DNA of 64,000 nucleotides from Pocillopora damicornis (Eukaryota): NCBI RefSeq assembly GCF_003704095.1, contig NW_020846501.1, positions 1 to 64,000 of the forward strand, read 5' to 3'. Shown piece by piece: positions 39,701 to 52,900 of this stretch (position 1 is its first letter; each line of letters starts with the position of its first letter). The notes under the pieces were generated by a model. It saw only the letters and a program-made list of their open reading frames with translations, ran no database searches and was not told where the DNA came from. The position numbers and the translations under genes were made by a program.

Positions 39701-42700
39701 ACATTGACCCGGCGAGGGGTCTGAACCGGACTCTAACCTTTATAGAAAGAACAATACATGGGCGCGCGTAGATATGGAATTTCTCTTCGAGTGTTCAACT
39801 CGATAGCTCACGGTTGAGCGGAGCGAAAGAGTAAGATATCGAGTTGAACATGAAAAGATAAATTTCATATCTTCAAGTGACCATGCATTATTTTGTATAT
39901 TGTATAGACACAATAGCCCTTTAATAGTCCAAAAAATGAAAAGTCGACTTTATATTGAATGAAAAAAGCAGGATACGCAATCCACGAAAAGAAATCCGCA
40001 TAAAGCACGTTGGAAAATTCTTGTATAACACCTTAGTTTATTGGGTAATTCGTTTTATTGCACCGCCAGCAACTTGTACCAAAACAAGAAAAGATACTCC
40101 TGAAACTAATTCACGCCTACCTCATGTTGTAGTGAGCCATATCGATTCTCCATGCTCCGAGACCTGAAGATAAAGCCAAAATGTTGAAGCATCATAGCAT
40201 ATATGTAATATAACTATTCTCAAAACAGCACGCGCAGTTTTAGACTTCAATCGATAACGTGCCGGATCTACGGGACGCAAATTCGATAATCGATTCCTCT
40301 AAGGGGACTATGTTTTTTTTTCGTTCTATGCTTGACATAATGAATAAAATCAACGTTCTATGATATACTTTCAATTGCGATGCAAGATTTCTTTTCCCCT
40401 GGCATCTTCTACCTATTTTTTGACACAGGAAAGAGAGGCTTTTTGGTTTGATTTATCAGCTGAAAAGTTTGCAGTCAAATGTGCACACAACTCCATATAT
40501 TGAACAAGGTTGTGCTTAGTCTCTGAATCGTATTTACCTCCATATCAACCTACACTAGCTAATCAGTTGAAGGACAAGTCCGCTCTAAACCTTACATAGA
40601 CTGAACAATACAGATTAATTTTTAATTGACAATGGCACCTTATTAATGTAACCGCACATTCACCGAATTCGGCTCACTTCTCATTGGACGATATTTTTGG
40701 ATGAGAACACAAGCTCCGGCGGAAAATTTGGTCAAGTACAAGAATTATACGCTTTACTGACAGTATTTCTTCATCGGAAGAAAAGAAAAACGGTAATGCG
40801 TGAAACCTTCAAGCGAAACCATGAGCGAATCTATATAAGAAGGAGACTCTTTTTCACCAGAAAACTGGTTTTGTACTTAGTCTCATTTTGAAAGCGAGCC
40901 CGCTCAGATATGTCAAACAAGCCTCGACTTGATGTATTCGACCCCAGTTCTCCCGAGTCGAGTGCATTGGCTCACTTTATCATCACACTTACCTACTACT
41001 TCATCTGGCACTTGAGGAAATACATAATCAAAGATTCTTCCACCAAGACGAACATCTCTCTCAAAAACACACACTTTTGTTTCCTTCTTGTGTCTCAGCA
41101 GTGATTCCGCCATGTAAAGTCCCGCCAGACCTCCACCGACTATGGCGACATCACAATCCATTGGGGTCACACCTAGGAGGAAAAGCTATAAGCTATAATC
41201 GTTGTGTAATACGCACAGGCTGGCTTGCCTTCGAAAGGTCGTCCCAAGATTTCTTTCCACCTCTCAAGTCCAAAAAATTGGGTTGAAACTAATTGAAAGT
41301 AACACTTACAGAGTCCGCAGGTTTTCTTGCAGGCTTGTTTGACATTCACATTTGTTGTGCAGAGTTTCTTGTAGTGTACACAGAAACTCTCTCCGCTCAA
41401 GTCTTTGCATTCTGAAGAGCAAGAAGCTAACATGACGAGTAATCACACAATCACACAATAGAAATAGTTTTAGAAATACTTCGCAACTCAGTGTCCAAAC
41501 ACTGCAGGACTCGGTGGCTTCATTCGTTACTTTCTATATGTTTGGCGCTTCTAATGTATCATCTAGGCGAGTCAGGCATGAAACTAAATTTGAACCGAAC
41601 GGCTGTATTGGTCGCTTAATGTTTTTACACCTTTAAGACCGGGTATATTTTTCTTTGCTCTGAGTTCTCTTTAGCTTCATAAGATATTTGCTTATTTTTT
41701 CCATGTAGTTATGTTCGTTATCTTTTTTGTCGCGCGAATAAGAAGATTGTTATTCGCTGAGCTCTCTATTCAAGATGGTAAATTAAATATCTACGCAGAG
41801 TTTTGAGAGCCGGGTCAACAAAAGTATTATCTTTTCTCAGATGTTTCCTCTGCTGGCACGAGACTATGGCCAAAGTCATAGCATAATTTCATTTTCTCTT
41901 CTTCTTAAAGGCTCTCCTTCTTCATCCTCTGTCCCAAATTTCAGAACAAGCCAAACATGTTATGGGAAAGAAATGGAATTCATCTATATGGCAGAAGGTC
42001 AAGGTGTCGTAAAACTTCCTAATTTTCCAAAGCGAATTTGTTAGTAAATGTTGTCATTACTTTCTTACCGAGGGCTTTGCTTCATGGATAAACGCGATTT
42101 ATAATTTTTCGATATGATATTTAAAATTACCTAATTTTTCTTCCAATAGCTTTTAACTGGGCGTTGGTGGTATAGTGGTTAGCATAGCTGCCTTCCAAGC
42201 AGTTGACCCGGGTTCGATTCCCGGCCAACGCATATTCTTTTTCAACCTTTTGCTAAATCATTTCTTTCTTGTCTCTCACGCGTTGTCGACATCTATTGAT
42301 GAATCAAAGTTCTATCAAGGCTAAACAGTTTTCTCGACATTCAAACTCTTACTTAGCACATTTTTTTTAGCAAACACTTCTGTTCTAAAGGCTTCACCTG
42401 AGTTCCTTAATTTTTACAACTTATCAAGTGGTATAATTTTTTTCTTCTTATTTTTGTGTAAGTGTTAATCAACATGAACGAAAAACGAGATGCTAAGAAT
42501 CATTGTATCAGCTCCTATAGAGGTCATCTTGCAAATATTATCATTAGCTAGCGAGCTGCTAAATCTTCTTAGCTCAAGAATTCAAGATATACTCTTTCAT
42601 CGAAGATATCACTTTAAAATTCCTGAAACAAATTTAGCTAAATTTGTAGTACCTCGCGAGAATGCAAAGCCGATGAAGCCCAAAATTAAACCAAGGAACA

Positions 42701-42710
42701 CTTTTTCCAT
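36783..42710 (-). CDS. Secreted ShKT-domain + flavin amine oxidase (L-amino-acid oxidase, achacin/aplysianin-like), ~530 aa
   Basis: Exons 42710-42653 (MEKVFLGLILGFIGFAFSR signal peptide), 41411-41310 (ShKT C-x8-C-x6-C-x9-C-x3-C-x2-C), 41172-40993 (DVAIVGGGLAGL...FERDVRLGGRI), 40163-40121 (LGAWRI), 38885-38124, 37730-37533, 37032-36783 (IYVIGSAY...GYSEGAIMSA). All phases compatible, no internal stops. Confidence 0.88.
39034..39526 (-). mobile_element. Solo LTR (Gypsy-like, 4-bp TSD) nested in an older repeat
   Basis: TGTTATG...CATAACA inverted termini; ATAG duplicated at 39030-39033 and 39527-39530; minus-strand TATA-like (~39341-39350) and AATAAA (~39089-39094). Confidence 0.8.
42161..42232 (+). 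tRNA. tRNA-Gly(TCC)
   Basis: GCGTTGGTGGTATAGTGGTTAGCATAGCTGCCT-TCC-AAGCAGTTGACCCGGGTTCGATTCCCGGCCAACGCA; canonical cloverleaf with a T-tract downstream. Antisense in intron 1 of the ShKT-oxidase gene. Confidence 0.97.
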
Positions 42711-43628
42711 TTTCAGTCAACACAGTAAAGTAGCTGGTTGCCGCTGCCTCAGAGCAATGCCTAGTTTTTCTCAACACATGTAACAGCTGAGCATTCAGAG
42801 AGTTTTACTGTGACATTTGTATTTGGCCAAGAATCAAAGTAAGTTTGCTGTAAAAACATCAGTTACAGGACATTTTAAGTTACATGACATAATTTTGACG
42901 ACTGTGGTACCGTAAAATAAACGAGGCGCTGAAACTTGGAGAACGTTTAAACAGATGTTTAAACGAAACAAAGGAAACTCTGTCTATTTACCAGACTGGT
43001 AGCTCTGTTAACTTTTTTTCTGTTTGCTACGCGGGAGCCAAAGGTCAGCTCTCTCCTTTACTTCGCAAAATCTGATTGCTAATTCTCCCCTCTCGCTGTT
43101 ACACATGTCTTTGTGTAAATAAGTTAAGAGAATTTGGTGTTACATCAAGATAAAGAATTCTACCTGATTAGTTTGTGTATTCTCATCACCTGTTTGCTGA
43201 ACTGTGTATGGTTATCTTAGGAGGAGATTACGTGTTAATCACTTCTGGGAAAAGAGAAAAGTCGCACGGTGCGCATTCTGTTTCACACATTCAAAACTAA
43301 GAATTTGATCTCCTTGTCGTTCGACTCAAGCACACGTACAATAAATTAAGATCACCATTGCAAGAAACAAGTTTGATCCTTTCGATTCTTCGTGTGTTCC
43401 TCCTTCTCTTTTCCTCTTTCCCCTAATTGGAGAGTCCGATCCGATGTTGAAATTATTCAGTCGAATCAACAAACTAGTGGCCTTTTGTTTTTATCAATAA
43501 CGTTGTTTATAACTGTTTTTTTTTTTTAACAACGAATTTTTTTATCCAATGATATTTTCTTCGGCAAAAAAAATTAAATTAACAGCAGCAAAATATATTT
43601 AAGTTCACATTGCAACCAGGTGGAAAAT

Positions 43629-43820
43629 CAGACATGGTTTGATGCTACTCTGGTTTAAAGATTTAATAAATGTAACCGAAGAAGTTGCAATTCATAAACC
43701 CAACGTTTCGACACTCCTGTCTAATGCCTTCTTCAGTGGTGATCTAAACGCTGCAACAAAAGGTCCTCTTATACGATCATTAATTAGCTGTTTCTTTTCT
43801 GACGAGGTGTAAATAGGCGT
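43629..43820 (-). mobile_element. Penelope-like element terminus with hammerhead-like core
   Basis: Minus 43743-43696: acca-CUGAAGA-a-ggcauu(agacagg)aguguc-GAAAC-GUU. The same end sequence cagacatggtttgatgctactctggttta occurs at 3393-3433. Confidence 0.55.
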
Positions 43821-43821
43821 C

Positions 43822-44216
43822 AGGAGTCATCCATGGGTCATCCATGAGGTTACTTTTCTCACCAAGAAGAACAAGAAAATACCCGCAGTTTAACCTCTCT
43901 TTTTATTAAGTCACCGAACGAAAACTTACTGCTTGAGCAGTGTTTGCCTAAGTAACCACGCTTACAGTCACATGTTCCGTCCTTAGAGTGGCACCTTTCT
44001 GTGTGATTAGCCAGGTACTTGCATTTTTCTCTGCACCCTGCTACAAAGGACTCTGAAGGGGAACCTGTGAAGGAGGCATTATTACAGTAAAACAAGGGGC
44101 AAAATTCACTTTCAACACCGTATTAAGTGACATCTACCTTTAGAGCAGCGGGCCCCAAAGAATCCTGGGTCACACTTACACGTGCCAGTTACCGGATGAC
44201 AAGGTTCCATGTGAAC
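43822..44216 (-). pseudogene. Relic MEGF6-like exons (copy of 23947-24344)
   Basis: Near-copy of two EGF exons and the intron between them. Two Cys lost (GCPS>GSPS, CKC>CKY). Truncated at 44216, where a copy of 32527-32725 begins. Confidence 0.9.
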
Positions 44217-44415
44217 GTAATTGACGAATTAAACTCTGACTTTACTGAAGTCGTTGAAGTCTTCAAACACCGCGTAATGAAGAAAAACTTCCCGCAGGTT
44301 TACGCAATTTGTCGGACACTGAAAACATTTTCTCCACACGATAGACTTCGGTAAGGGAACCGAAACACAATATCCATCGACAGCACAGGAGAGCTGTTTC
44401 CATGTTCTCCCCCTA
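44217..44415. repeat. Copy of the MEGF6 upstream region 32527-32725
   Basis: Shared taattgacga.ttaaact...aaacaccgcgtaatgaagaaa...aagggaaccgaaac.caatatccatcgacagcac. Confidence 0.9.
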
Positions 44416-47400
44416 GCATATTTTGCAAAACTGCCTTAAAACTTTCCTTACAGTAAAATAAAATCGGAAATCATCTGGGTTTGAGTTGAATGAAAATAGA
44501 AGTTGACTCTTCAACTAACTGCTGTTGTTCGACCGCGCTCCCGCCATATGAGTTAAAGGCTGGGCCGCTATGCATCTGCGGCGAGGTTACGGAGCTATTT
44601 TTAACATGGCAGCGGGTTGTGTCTAAAATGGCAGCGTCCGTAGTCGCGATATTTAAAACATATTTTACAGTCTAGGTTACTCTTTAGAACCTCAGCACAC
44701 GGTAAGTAGTTTTTAATTTTTTTGCTAGTTGTTTATTTGCATTATTATAATTTATTATCATTATTAGTTTTGGCAGATACGACATTTATGCTTTCTGTTT
44801 CTGAAGTCCTCTTTCTTCGGCGGGTACACCTAGAAGCCGTTAGAGTGAAGTATTTGAGGTTAATCGAGAGAAACCAGTATTCTTCTCTATCTTTTTTATT
44901 GCCACTGCGTTACGTGCTAGGAGTCAAGTAACGCTGCCACTAAAATTACCTTGGGTTTCCTGCAGTACGAGTAAATCATGCAGTCCTACTCTCCGTTGAT
45001 TCTTACGAGCCAATCAGTGCTTAGGACCAAAGCAAACAAGGATGACGTAGAATTTAGGTTTAATTAATTGCAACCTCGTTCTCAGGGTCCCCTCTCTTGA
45101 CCCCTGGGGGAGGTGATTCGGTTGCGGCTGGTTACGTGTCTCCCAGAAAAATTAAGTCGAGGATCCACCCTCCCTACGGCGTTCTTTGTTCTACAAAGGT
45201 TCGTGATCAGCTGCAACCAGAGTCCCTCCTCGAAGGAGGAATAGAAAGGACCCTTCTTGGGGTCAGTTGCATATAAAGCTGACCAATCTGAAAACGGAAA
45301 ATAAGCAATTAATTCAACCTCATTTCAAAAGAAGTCGCATAGTAACCAATTCTGAGTATATTTTTTAGATGCGCGATGTCATGTCTATGGCACTTTTGAA
45401 AAAAAATGTTGCGCTTTGCAGCAGACTGGAGAATTTGCATTTGCATTTTCGTTTGCAATTCGCATTTTCACATGGCATCTCGGGAAAAATGTTTTCCAAC
45501 TTACGTCAACTTTCAGTCTTTTCACGTGAATTCATTAGCAGATTTCTTCTGTTCCCTCGCTTTGAATACAAAAAATCAATTTAGTAACTGCGTAGTGGAG
45601 CCACATTGAGAGGTTGGCAGAGTTTGCAGCTGCAAGTCTTGAGTTACTTATTGCCCGCCGAATCATTGAAATACTCATCTCCACTCCTGTCAAAGCAATC
45701 CTTTCTTATCATGAAACCCGATATGTCACATGGAAAAAAAAAACAAGCAAACAAACAGGAAAATAAAAATTCAGCTGCTACAGAAGATTGTGCGTGCTTT
45801 CATTCGACACTGAAAGCAGACCCCTTTTTGGCTCTTTGCCCTGGATTCGCTCTACTTTTAACTTTATTTATGCTGAAAAGCACCAATTGATGTATGGAAC
45901 TATTGGTGGTTGTAGATATGCCGAAGGCCAGCTGTTTTCCCAATAGCAAATTAAAATTTCCATTGTAAACTACCAGTCGAAACTGTGTCGAAGAATATTT
46001 GTCGTTTAATTCAGAAAGTTTATATTTTTACAGTTAATGAAAAGGAATTATCACCAAATTTTGAATATTGCAAAGCTGAATAATGCTTTCCGCGCGCGCT
46101 GATTGGCTAGTTTGAAGGTGATTAGCCGAGCTCTTTTCATCTCTAGGCAGCCAAAGAGCATCATGAACTAGCCTCCCGCCTCATTACGGTCAGCTGAGAG
46201 GAGATTGTGGTGTGCCAGCCGGTATCCAGTCTTTTCGTACCCATAGACTTTTGTACTCGAAGGATTCGTACCCAAATTCAGACAATTTGAACGATCGAAC
46301 CCAGTTAATGTCGGTTTGTAACAGATCCGCTGATCGATTCGTACCCGTCCCAACTTTCAGTGACGATCAAAACCGAGGAGAAATCACGAAATACCTCACG
46401 CACTAGTGCGTGAACAGTTGCCGATTGTTGAGTACGAGAAGTTAGTATAGAGTCAAGCGAGTAAAATACAAGTAAAGTTCTGTTGCGCAAATTTGTGACC
46501 TTCTTTTCAATCGCAAGTTACTATTTTGCGATAGCCCAGTAACGTGCGATTGCTCATTACAACTCGCGATCGCGACTGGTAACTCGCATCAACTAATAAT
46601 AGTTGACATCACTGATACATGTGTCATCAAAGATGGCTGACGGGTGTTAGTTGGAAAGAGACCATTTGGGAGAGGTGCCTTGGATGTTTTCAATGAGATG
46701 TCATTGTGTCAAAAACCAATTTGGTGAAGATGCGTTTGATTTGCCCGAGAATGGGCAAAACATTATTTCATCTAAAGGTTCTTACTTACAGTGATTTTAA
46801 GACGGAGACTTCGGGAATCTCTAATTAATAACTTACTCCTCAATGCAACTGATCTAGCGCCGTACAAGCTACATTTTTCACGCGATAAAAGTTTAGTAAG
46901 CCAGCTGTGCTTGCGTTGTTATGTACGTCAAAATGGGCAGGTAAATAAAAATGATATAGGCTTACGCCGCGTTTTGAAACTTTGGTTTTGACAAGACGGA
47001 GGGGGAAGTGGTGGGATGACGTTGGAGGTCAGTGGGGACGAGGTGGAGTGTGATGGGATAGCTTTAAAGGTTATTAATGAGCAAAGAAAAGAGAAGGATG
47101 ATTGTTGTGTCTCTAATCCTCCACAAACTGAACATTCTCCGTCAACAAAGGGCTGTTTTCAATTTGCATTTAAAGCGTATTTTTATTAACTCAGTTAACA
47201 AGCGTTTATTACGAACAGTTCCTTTATATTTTCAAGTTACAAACTGCAAATAAATACTGAAAAAAATACGTTATATTTAGGCTTAGCTAGAAAAATAAGC
47301 CCGGGAAACTTTTGCCTTTTCTTTGGTTATTATGGCTACAAGGTCTTGCCCTCCTCCCTCCCCCCACCCTGTACATAACCGACGTAAATGAACCTCACTC

Positions 47401-47751
47401 CAAAATTCGACAAAAAGAAAAAAAAATAAGAAGACTAATCGTTTTTTATCGCTTGAGAGGATCGGGGAGCAAATGATTTTGAGGCCGATCACATGGTTTT
47501 CATGAGGAAACGGAGAGGTGATCAGTCGTTGCCAATAGAGTCTTAGAAGAATTAATGAGGGGGGGGGAGGGGAGGGGGATCAAAAATATATTACAAAGCT
47601 TCATGGTAGGATCAGGTAAACTTTATCGTGACAGTACCAAAATCCGACAGCCCCCCCGACCCCCGGCGATAAATGATGGTGGTCCTCTGTGCACCTCAAA
47701 ATGATTCCTTAAATGTCAAATTTTAAATGATAACTTTGACATTTGTATGAC

Positions 47752-48885
47752 TCATTTTTTTTTCTTGATGGTTATTTCATCTTTGGAATTATAAATCAAC
47801 TTTGCAAAGCAAGAAGCTATGGCGATGTTAACGACAAATACTACAGCCGTAGGAAACAATGTCTCCCAGATCGATATACCAATCAGTGACTTCGCCAAAA
47901 CTTCGTTTCTTGAATCCTGACGACTTTCTATGGCAACTTGCAGAATTTTGAAGGCGTATTCTGTGGAGAGGGCGCCAAAAATGTGAAGAAAATGATGGCT
48001 GCTTCCTATGATATCGAATTTTCCTGGCAAGAGTCGTTCTGGAAGTTTACTTCCATAAATCAACCCGCCCACGATTGAGTAAAAGCAGTGACGTCGAAAG
48101 TACGTGATTAGCAGCTCATTGCAGGCGATGAAAGATTGACATGTCGTGACAGCGTGACAGCTACACATTGTCACGCCAACTGCAAGAGATAATACAGTGT
48201 TCAACCAGCCAGCGAACACTGGAATTATGCGGATTGCCGAGCCGTGCTTTCGTAAACCAACTTTACTCTGGCAGCAAAAGAAAGTTGCCAGAAAAGATAA
48301 GCTGGCGCCAATGATTGTGTAAAACAATGCAGATTCGAAAATTCGCCATCCAGTTTGAATGGGTCGATTGTAGAAGAACATAACTTGACCGGAGGTGTAG
48401 GTGTAGATGCTAATACCGGCATAATCAAAAAAGTAGAAAACTCTGTGCAGCTTTTCCGACCGTGAGTTAAATGTATGAGCTGTAGCACTCAACGCGTAGA
48501 TAGTGACGCTCCCGATAGCCGATGATAACATTGGATAATAAAAATCTTGTTTCGGCGAGGACGAACTTCCTAACTCAATCAGGACCACGGAATACCGCAC
48601 GACAAAATATAAACACACCACGATATGGCTCCACATATTAAAAGTCTCATTGTTAACGTAGAAAAGGCTTTGTAAACATTCCCAGGTGCTGCTGTAAGGC
48701 TTCCGATACCCACTAAGAATGAAAGCTTCTTGGAAATCGGGTGCAACTTCGTCGAAGTTGTAGAGTAATTTCTTCTCTGTAAGAATCCCTCCGTTGCATG
48801 TCGATTTGATCGATTCGTTGTTGTGGTTTCGGTTGTTGTTCAGTTTCGCTTGATCACACGATATGTTCCTGGATCCGTTTTTCAT
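47752..48885 (-). CDS. PAQR family receptor (membrane progestin receptor-like), 377 aa, single coding exon
   Basis: EAFILSGYR, NETFNMWSH, SATAH, DYAGI, PERLLPGKFDIIGSSHHFLH; seven hydrophobic segments. Confidence 0.93.
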   Translation of the reverse strand: MKNGSRNISCDQAKLNNNRNHNNESIKSTCNGGILTEKKLLYNFDEVAPDFQEAFILSGYRKPYSSTWECLQSLFYVNNETFNMWSHIVVCLYFVVRYSVVLIELGSSSSPKQDFYYPMLSSAIGSVTIYALSATAHTFNSRSEKLHRVFYFFDYAGISIYTYTSGQVMFFYNRPIQTGWRIFESALFYTIIGASLSFLATFFCCQSKVGLRKHGSAIRIIPVFAGWLNTVLSLAVGVTMCSCHAVTTCQSFIACNELLITYFRRHCFYSIVGGLIYGSKLPERLLPGKFDIIGSSHHFLHIFGALSTEYAFKILQVAIESRQDSRNEVLAKSLIGISIWETLFPTAVVFVVNIAIASCFAKLIYNSKDEITIKKKK

Positions 48886-51800
48886 TTCGAGATAAACTCT
48901 TGCCGTTGAAAAGTAGCTTCTTTACTTTTCAGAAAGAATGTTTGATGAGTGATGACGTGAATCGAATCTCGGCTGGAGTATTAAGAGCATCCTGTGCGAC
49001 CGGAAAGGCGTCACTCGCTCTAAATTGTTCAGAAAACCTTTCTACCGTCTCCTACATTCGATCACGCACGAGTCACGCTCACACCTCTTCAAAATTCCAG
49101 CTTCATCAACCTCGATAATCAGTCAATTTTAAAACTCGTCTTAAACAATCGTTCCGAAAACGATGCCAATTCAGTTGGGAATATCATTTGTCATTATTTT
49201 TTATTCCAAAGATTTCAATTGTTTTAATTAGCAAGTCAAAAAGGAACGCCATTATTTTTAACATATTTTCGCTTCAGTGACAGTCAGCTTTGAAACCAAT
49301 ATGCCTTATTTGCCTCGTATTGCAACCTAAAATGGCCCATTTTACACATTAGTAATGTGTCATTTTACTTGCCCAGGGTGCGAATTACGTTAAAAAAAAT
49401 CAACTGCGGTCATGAGCAATGTAAACACATTAAATCATGATATTTGAATAATATATTAATGTTAAAGAAACCTGTTGTACTATATTGAGTCTCTCTGGGC
49501 AGTTGTACCGAAGCGAATTATGTTTTAAATGAGAATTTAGACCTTGGAAATTTATTCGAGAGGATACTACTTTTTTTTCCATTCGTGATCAATTCAGTCG
49601 ACAAAAAACTGGAGTTCTGGAAGCTCTGAAGGGGCAAGTAGAGTTTGTTTTTAACGATTACCGACGAAACTCGTTTTTACATTAAACATACAATTGGAAA
49701 AATGATTGATCTACGTTAGCTTCAGCAAGAAGGCGATGGCAACGAGGACGTGTCAAAACGAAATATCTACTTGATTGTACAATAGCTTAGCAAGTGCGTT
49801 TTTCGACTTTGCACATTATTTAGCTGTCCTCTGCAAAACAACCAAGTCAAAGTACCATAATCTGCGGGGTCGTGAACCCCGACAGGAAATTACTTAAGTT
49901 GCAGTTTGTATTGGGACTCAACGCTTCTCACGTGTGTTCTGATGAAGTGAAGCACTTGTCTCTTCCAGCCATTTGCGAAAATTATTCATTCATCTTTGAA
50001 TCGACGTCATCTTCGGTTGTTTTCGTCCTGATTGATTAAGATTAAAGAGAGTTCCCCTGACGCATGAAACCCCAACCAGTTCCGACTCGTGGTTCATATA
50101 TGTAGATAGCTAGTTTTTTTGGCCGACTACGTTTTTTTTAACGATTGATATCTTTTCACGTTATATTTATGGATGGATGATTAACTGATATGATAGTTTT
50201 ACTACAATAATAACTAAACTGTCGCACTGTGGTGATTGACTCGAATTTGTTTTGTTTTTTTGCGAGGTTCTCTAGCTGTTTATGCGGACTCATAAAACTT
50301 ACTCTCCAGTGAGGCGTGCGGCTGAATAGTGCAGCGCTAGTTATCTTTTTGTCATAAGTTTGGCTCGATAGGCGAGGAAAAACATCGAGCTTGTCGCTAT
50401 TTTCTTTTCTATATTGGTCCAAAAACGCTGTGGCTGCCAAGCAAACTAAATACCAATTGCAATTTTTCTATACTTTCGTAGTTCTGCGACAAAAAGTCAT
50501 TAAACTCTACCGTTTTTTTTTTTTTTGCCGCTTAATAAATTCTGATGATTTGTAATCTCGCTAATACCGGTTATGCATAATATGAAACTGAATTAAATAG
50601 TTGCATACTAATTATACTTGTACCGCAAACCAAGCATCACCTATTTGTTTACGTTTCGTTGTTGTATATTGACGCAAGACGCGACAGAAGCATGCGAGCC
50701 TCATGTTAGGCAATTTGTAATAATTCTGAATGAAACTGGGATCCTGACAGGGAAAAAACTGTTGAAAATTTCGGTAAGTTAAACGAATATCGTGATAGTT
50801 TCGTGAAACTGAAATTTTCTATCCGTTTTGCACTCTATCGTAAACAATCACGGTGTTCACATTTGAACTGAAATTACTGAAATCCATCAGCTATTATAGA
50901 TTCTATTTCCAAACTAGAAATGGGCTAGAACTCTAGCCAGGACGAAATTTGAGCGGCAGGGTTTAAGAGTGAGCTGATTACACACGAGGCTCTATCGTAT
51001 TAACATACGTGTATTGTTTAGTGAGCTTAAGTAGGCGCTATTTATTTTCTACAAAGCAGCTACGAAAGTGAATTCTTAGCAAATTTGATTTGCACCGTTC
51101 TGAGCGCAAGTATCTCGTTTTCATGACTCCGAAAATAATTTTAAGTGATACGTGCTGCAAGAGAAAATAAACTATTTGTGATTTTTAGTCGAGATTTACA
51201 TAATGTTGTTATCGCTTTTAAGGTACGTGACAAGTTAATTGAACCAATTTATTTGCCGCGTGTGAAAAATCTCTCTCGTCTTAGTGATCCTTAGTTTTAT
51301 TTTCATTTGCCATCAGAGCATTATTTCCATGTTCAAGGGATATCTGTGTAAATTAAGCAAGTATTTCACGTTGACGAGGCAACTTGTTACACCTCATCAT
51401 TAAACAAATTTATGCACCGTCGCCGTTAAGGCCCAGTTTTCCTCATATTTGGAAGAAGTCCAAAGTCTGTGACAAACTGAACTCATATTTGAAAAAAATT
51501 CCAAAGTCTGCAACAAACTGAACCTGGCAAGCAAAGTCCAACTGACCGATGATAAAGTTCGCTTTTGACATTATTCTCCTTCAGTATTTTAAAACTAACC
51601 AACAGCTGTCGATAATTTTTTTAAAATTCCGTTCAAGTTTATTCATTCGTCTGAAAAAGATTAGTCTGAATAACTTGTGCCAAATAATGTAACTTAGCTT
51701 TAGTCCTATGGCCTAGTGCTGATTTTTTAAAGAAATTTTCCCTCAACAGGCATTGAATCTCAAGGAGTCCAATTTTCCTTTTAAAAAAGTAATTGCGAAT

Positions 51801-52900
51801 AATTATTTTCAGCAATGCGTTGAAAAAGGCGTCGGGCTGTGTGGTTGCCAAACATCTCATTACAGTGCACTCTTAACAAAAGCCTCTTTAAGATTCTGAG
51901 GAAATGTCCAAGTAGGTTTGATTGTTTAGTCCTGTTTCTGAAATGCTTTTCATCAAAATAACTTAAACTGAAGTTGAACGTGGAAGTGGACTCCAAAACT
52001 TTTCGGTTAGCTTTAAGTTATAATTTTTTAAGTTGACTTCGAGACGTCGTCAACTAGTTTTTTTTTTTCTTTTTTAAATGTAATATCATGGTCTTTTATG
52101 GCAATTTTTTTATAATAAAATTGATTCATTATTTATTAATACCAATCCTTAGGAATTATCAATACCACCAAACTTTTCGTGTGTTCCCTTTGAAACAGTG
52201 TTAAAAAAGTGTCCAATTTGGTCAATATATGTTTTGATCATTCCAATGAAATCTAGGTATACCATATTAACACCGCAGCCTTTAAGAAACACTCTTATTC
52301 CAACTCTATATTTCTGTCAGACTAAAACTCTTAAGGTGGATCTGAACTTCATGTGCAGTTTTTCTTTCATTAACTTAGCTGAATGATATTTATTTAAATA
52401 CCAATTTCAGTGAATGACAATAATGTGGTCACCGAACTTGTCTTTTTAGCTGAGGGCACAAAAGAAGCAGATTAAGGGTTTTTTTTAGGCTTTTGGGTTG
52501 CTATGGTCACCTTGATGTTTAGAAAATTAAGTAAAGTTTTGAGACCAATTTCAAAGGAAGAATTACATAAGTGTGAGAGCCTCAATCTCTTGGAGAATCG
52601 GTGTTTGAAAATAACCAAAACACAATGCAAATTTCTTGCTATTTACAGACGAATAGTAAAGAAAGCTTGGCAATGACTTGTCGTGGAAACACATGGCAGA
52701 ACAGAATTTCCTTCCTTCTCATTTGTTCCTTTTACAAAACTGATTTTTCAGAATTTGGGAGGTGGGTTTTTCAAGGATATGTAGGTCAATTTTTTTGCCA
52801 TAGCAAAAACAAACAAAAACTTTTAAAAGCGAATGCATCTTTACTGTTTGTTCTCTACACAGGTCAACGTGCTTTTGCTATCGTTAACAGAGGCCGAAGG

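Noticed and set aside
41412-41490. Apparent start MLASCSS at 41433 and a 'broken signal peptide' with an 8-bp tandem repeat
   Set aside because: cttcttgctcttcag is a strong phase-1 acceptor just before 41411, and a proper signal-peptide exon exists at 42710-42653, so this stretch is intronic.
44628-44701. Candidate displaced POLR2D exon 1 (MAAS..., 74 nt, GTAAGT)
   Set aside because: No EEDAxxLxF motif, wrong intron phase and two stops.
52601-52900. 100-aa N-terminal extension of the PAQR ORF
   Set aside because: Begins at GTG, has intron-like composition and contains a splice acceptor ending at 52862; ATG 52901 matches the paralogue's length.
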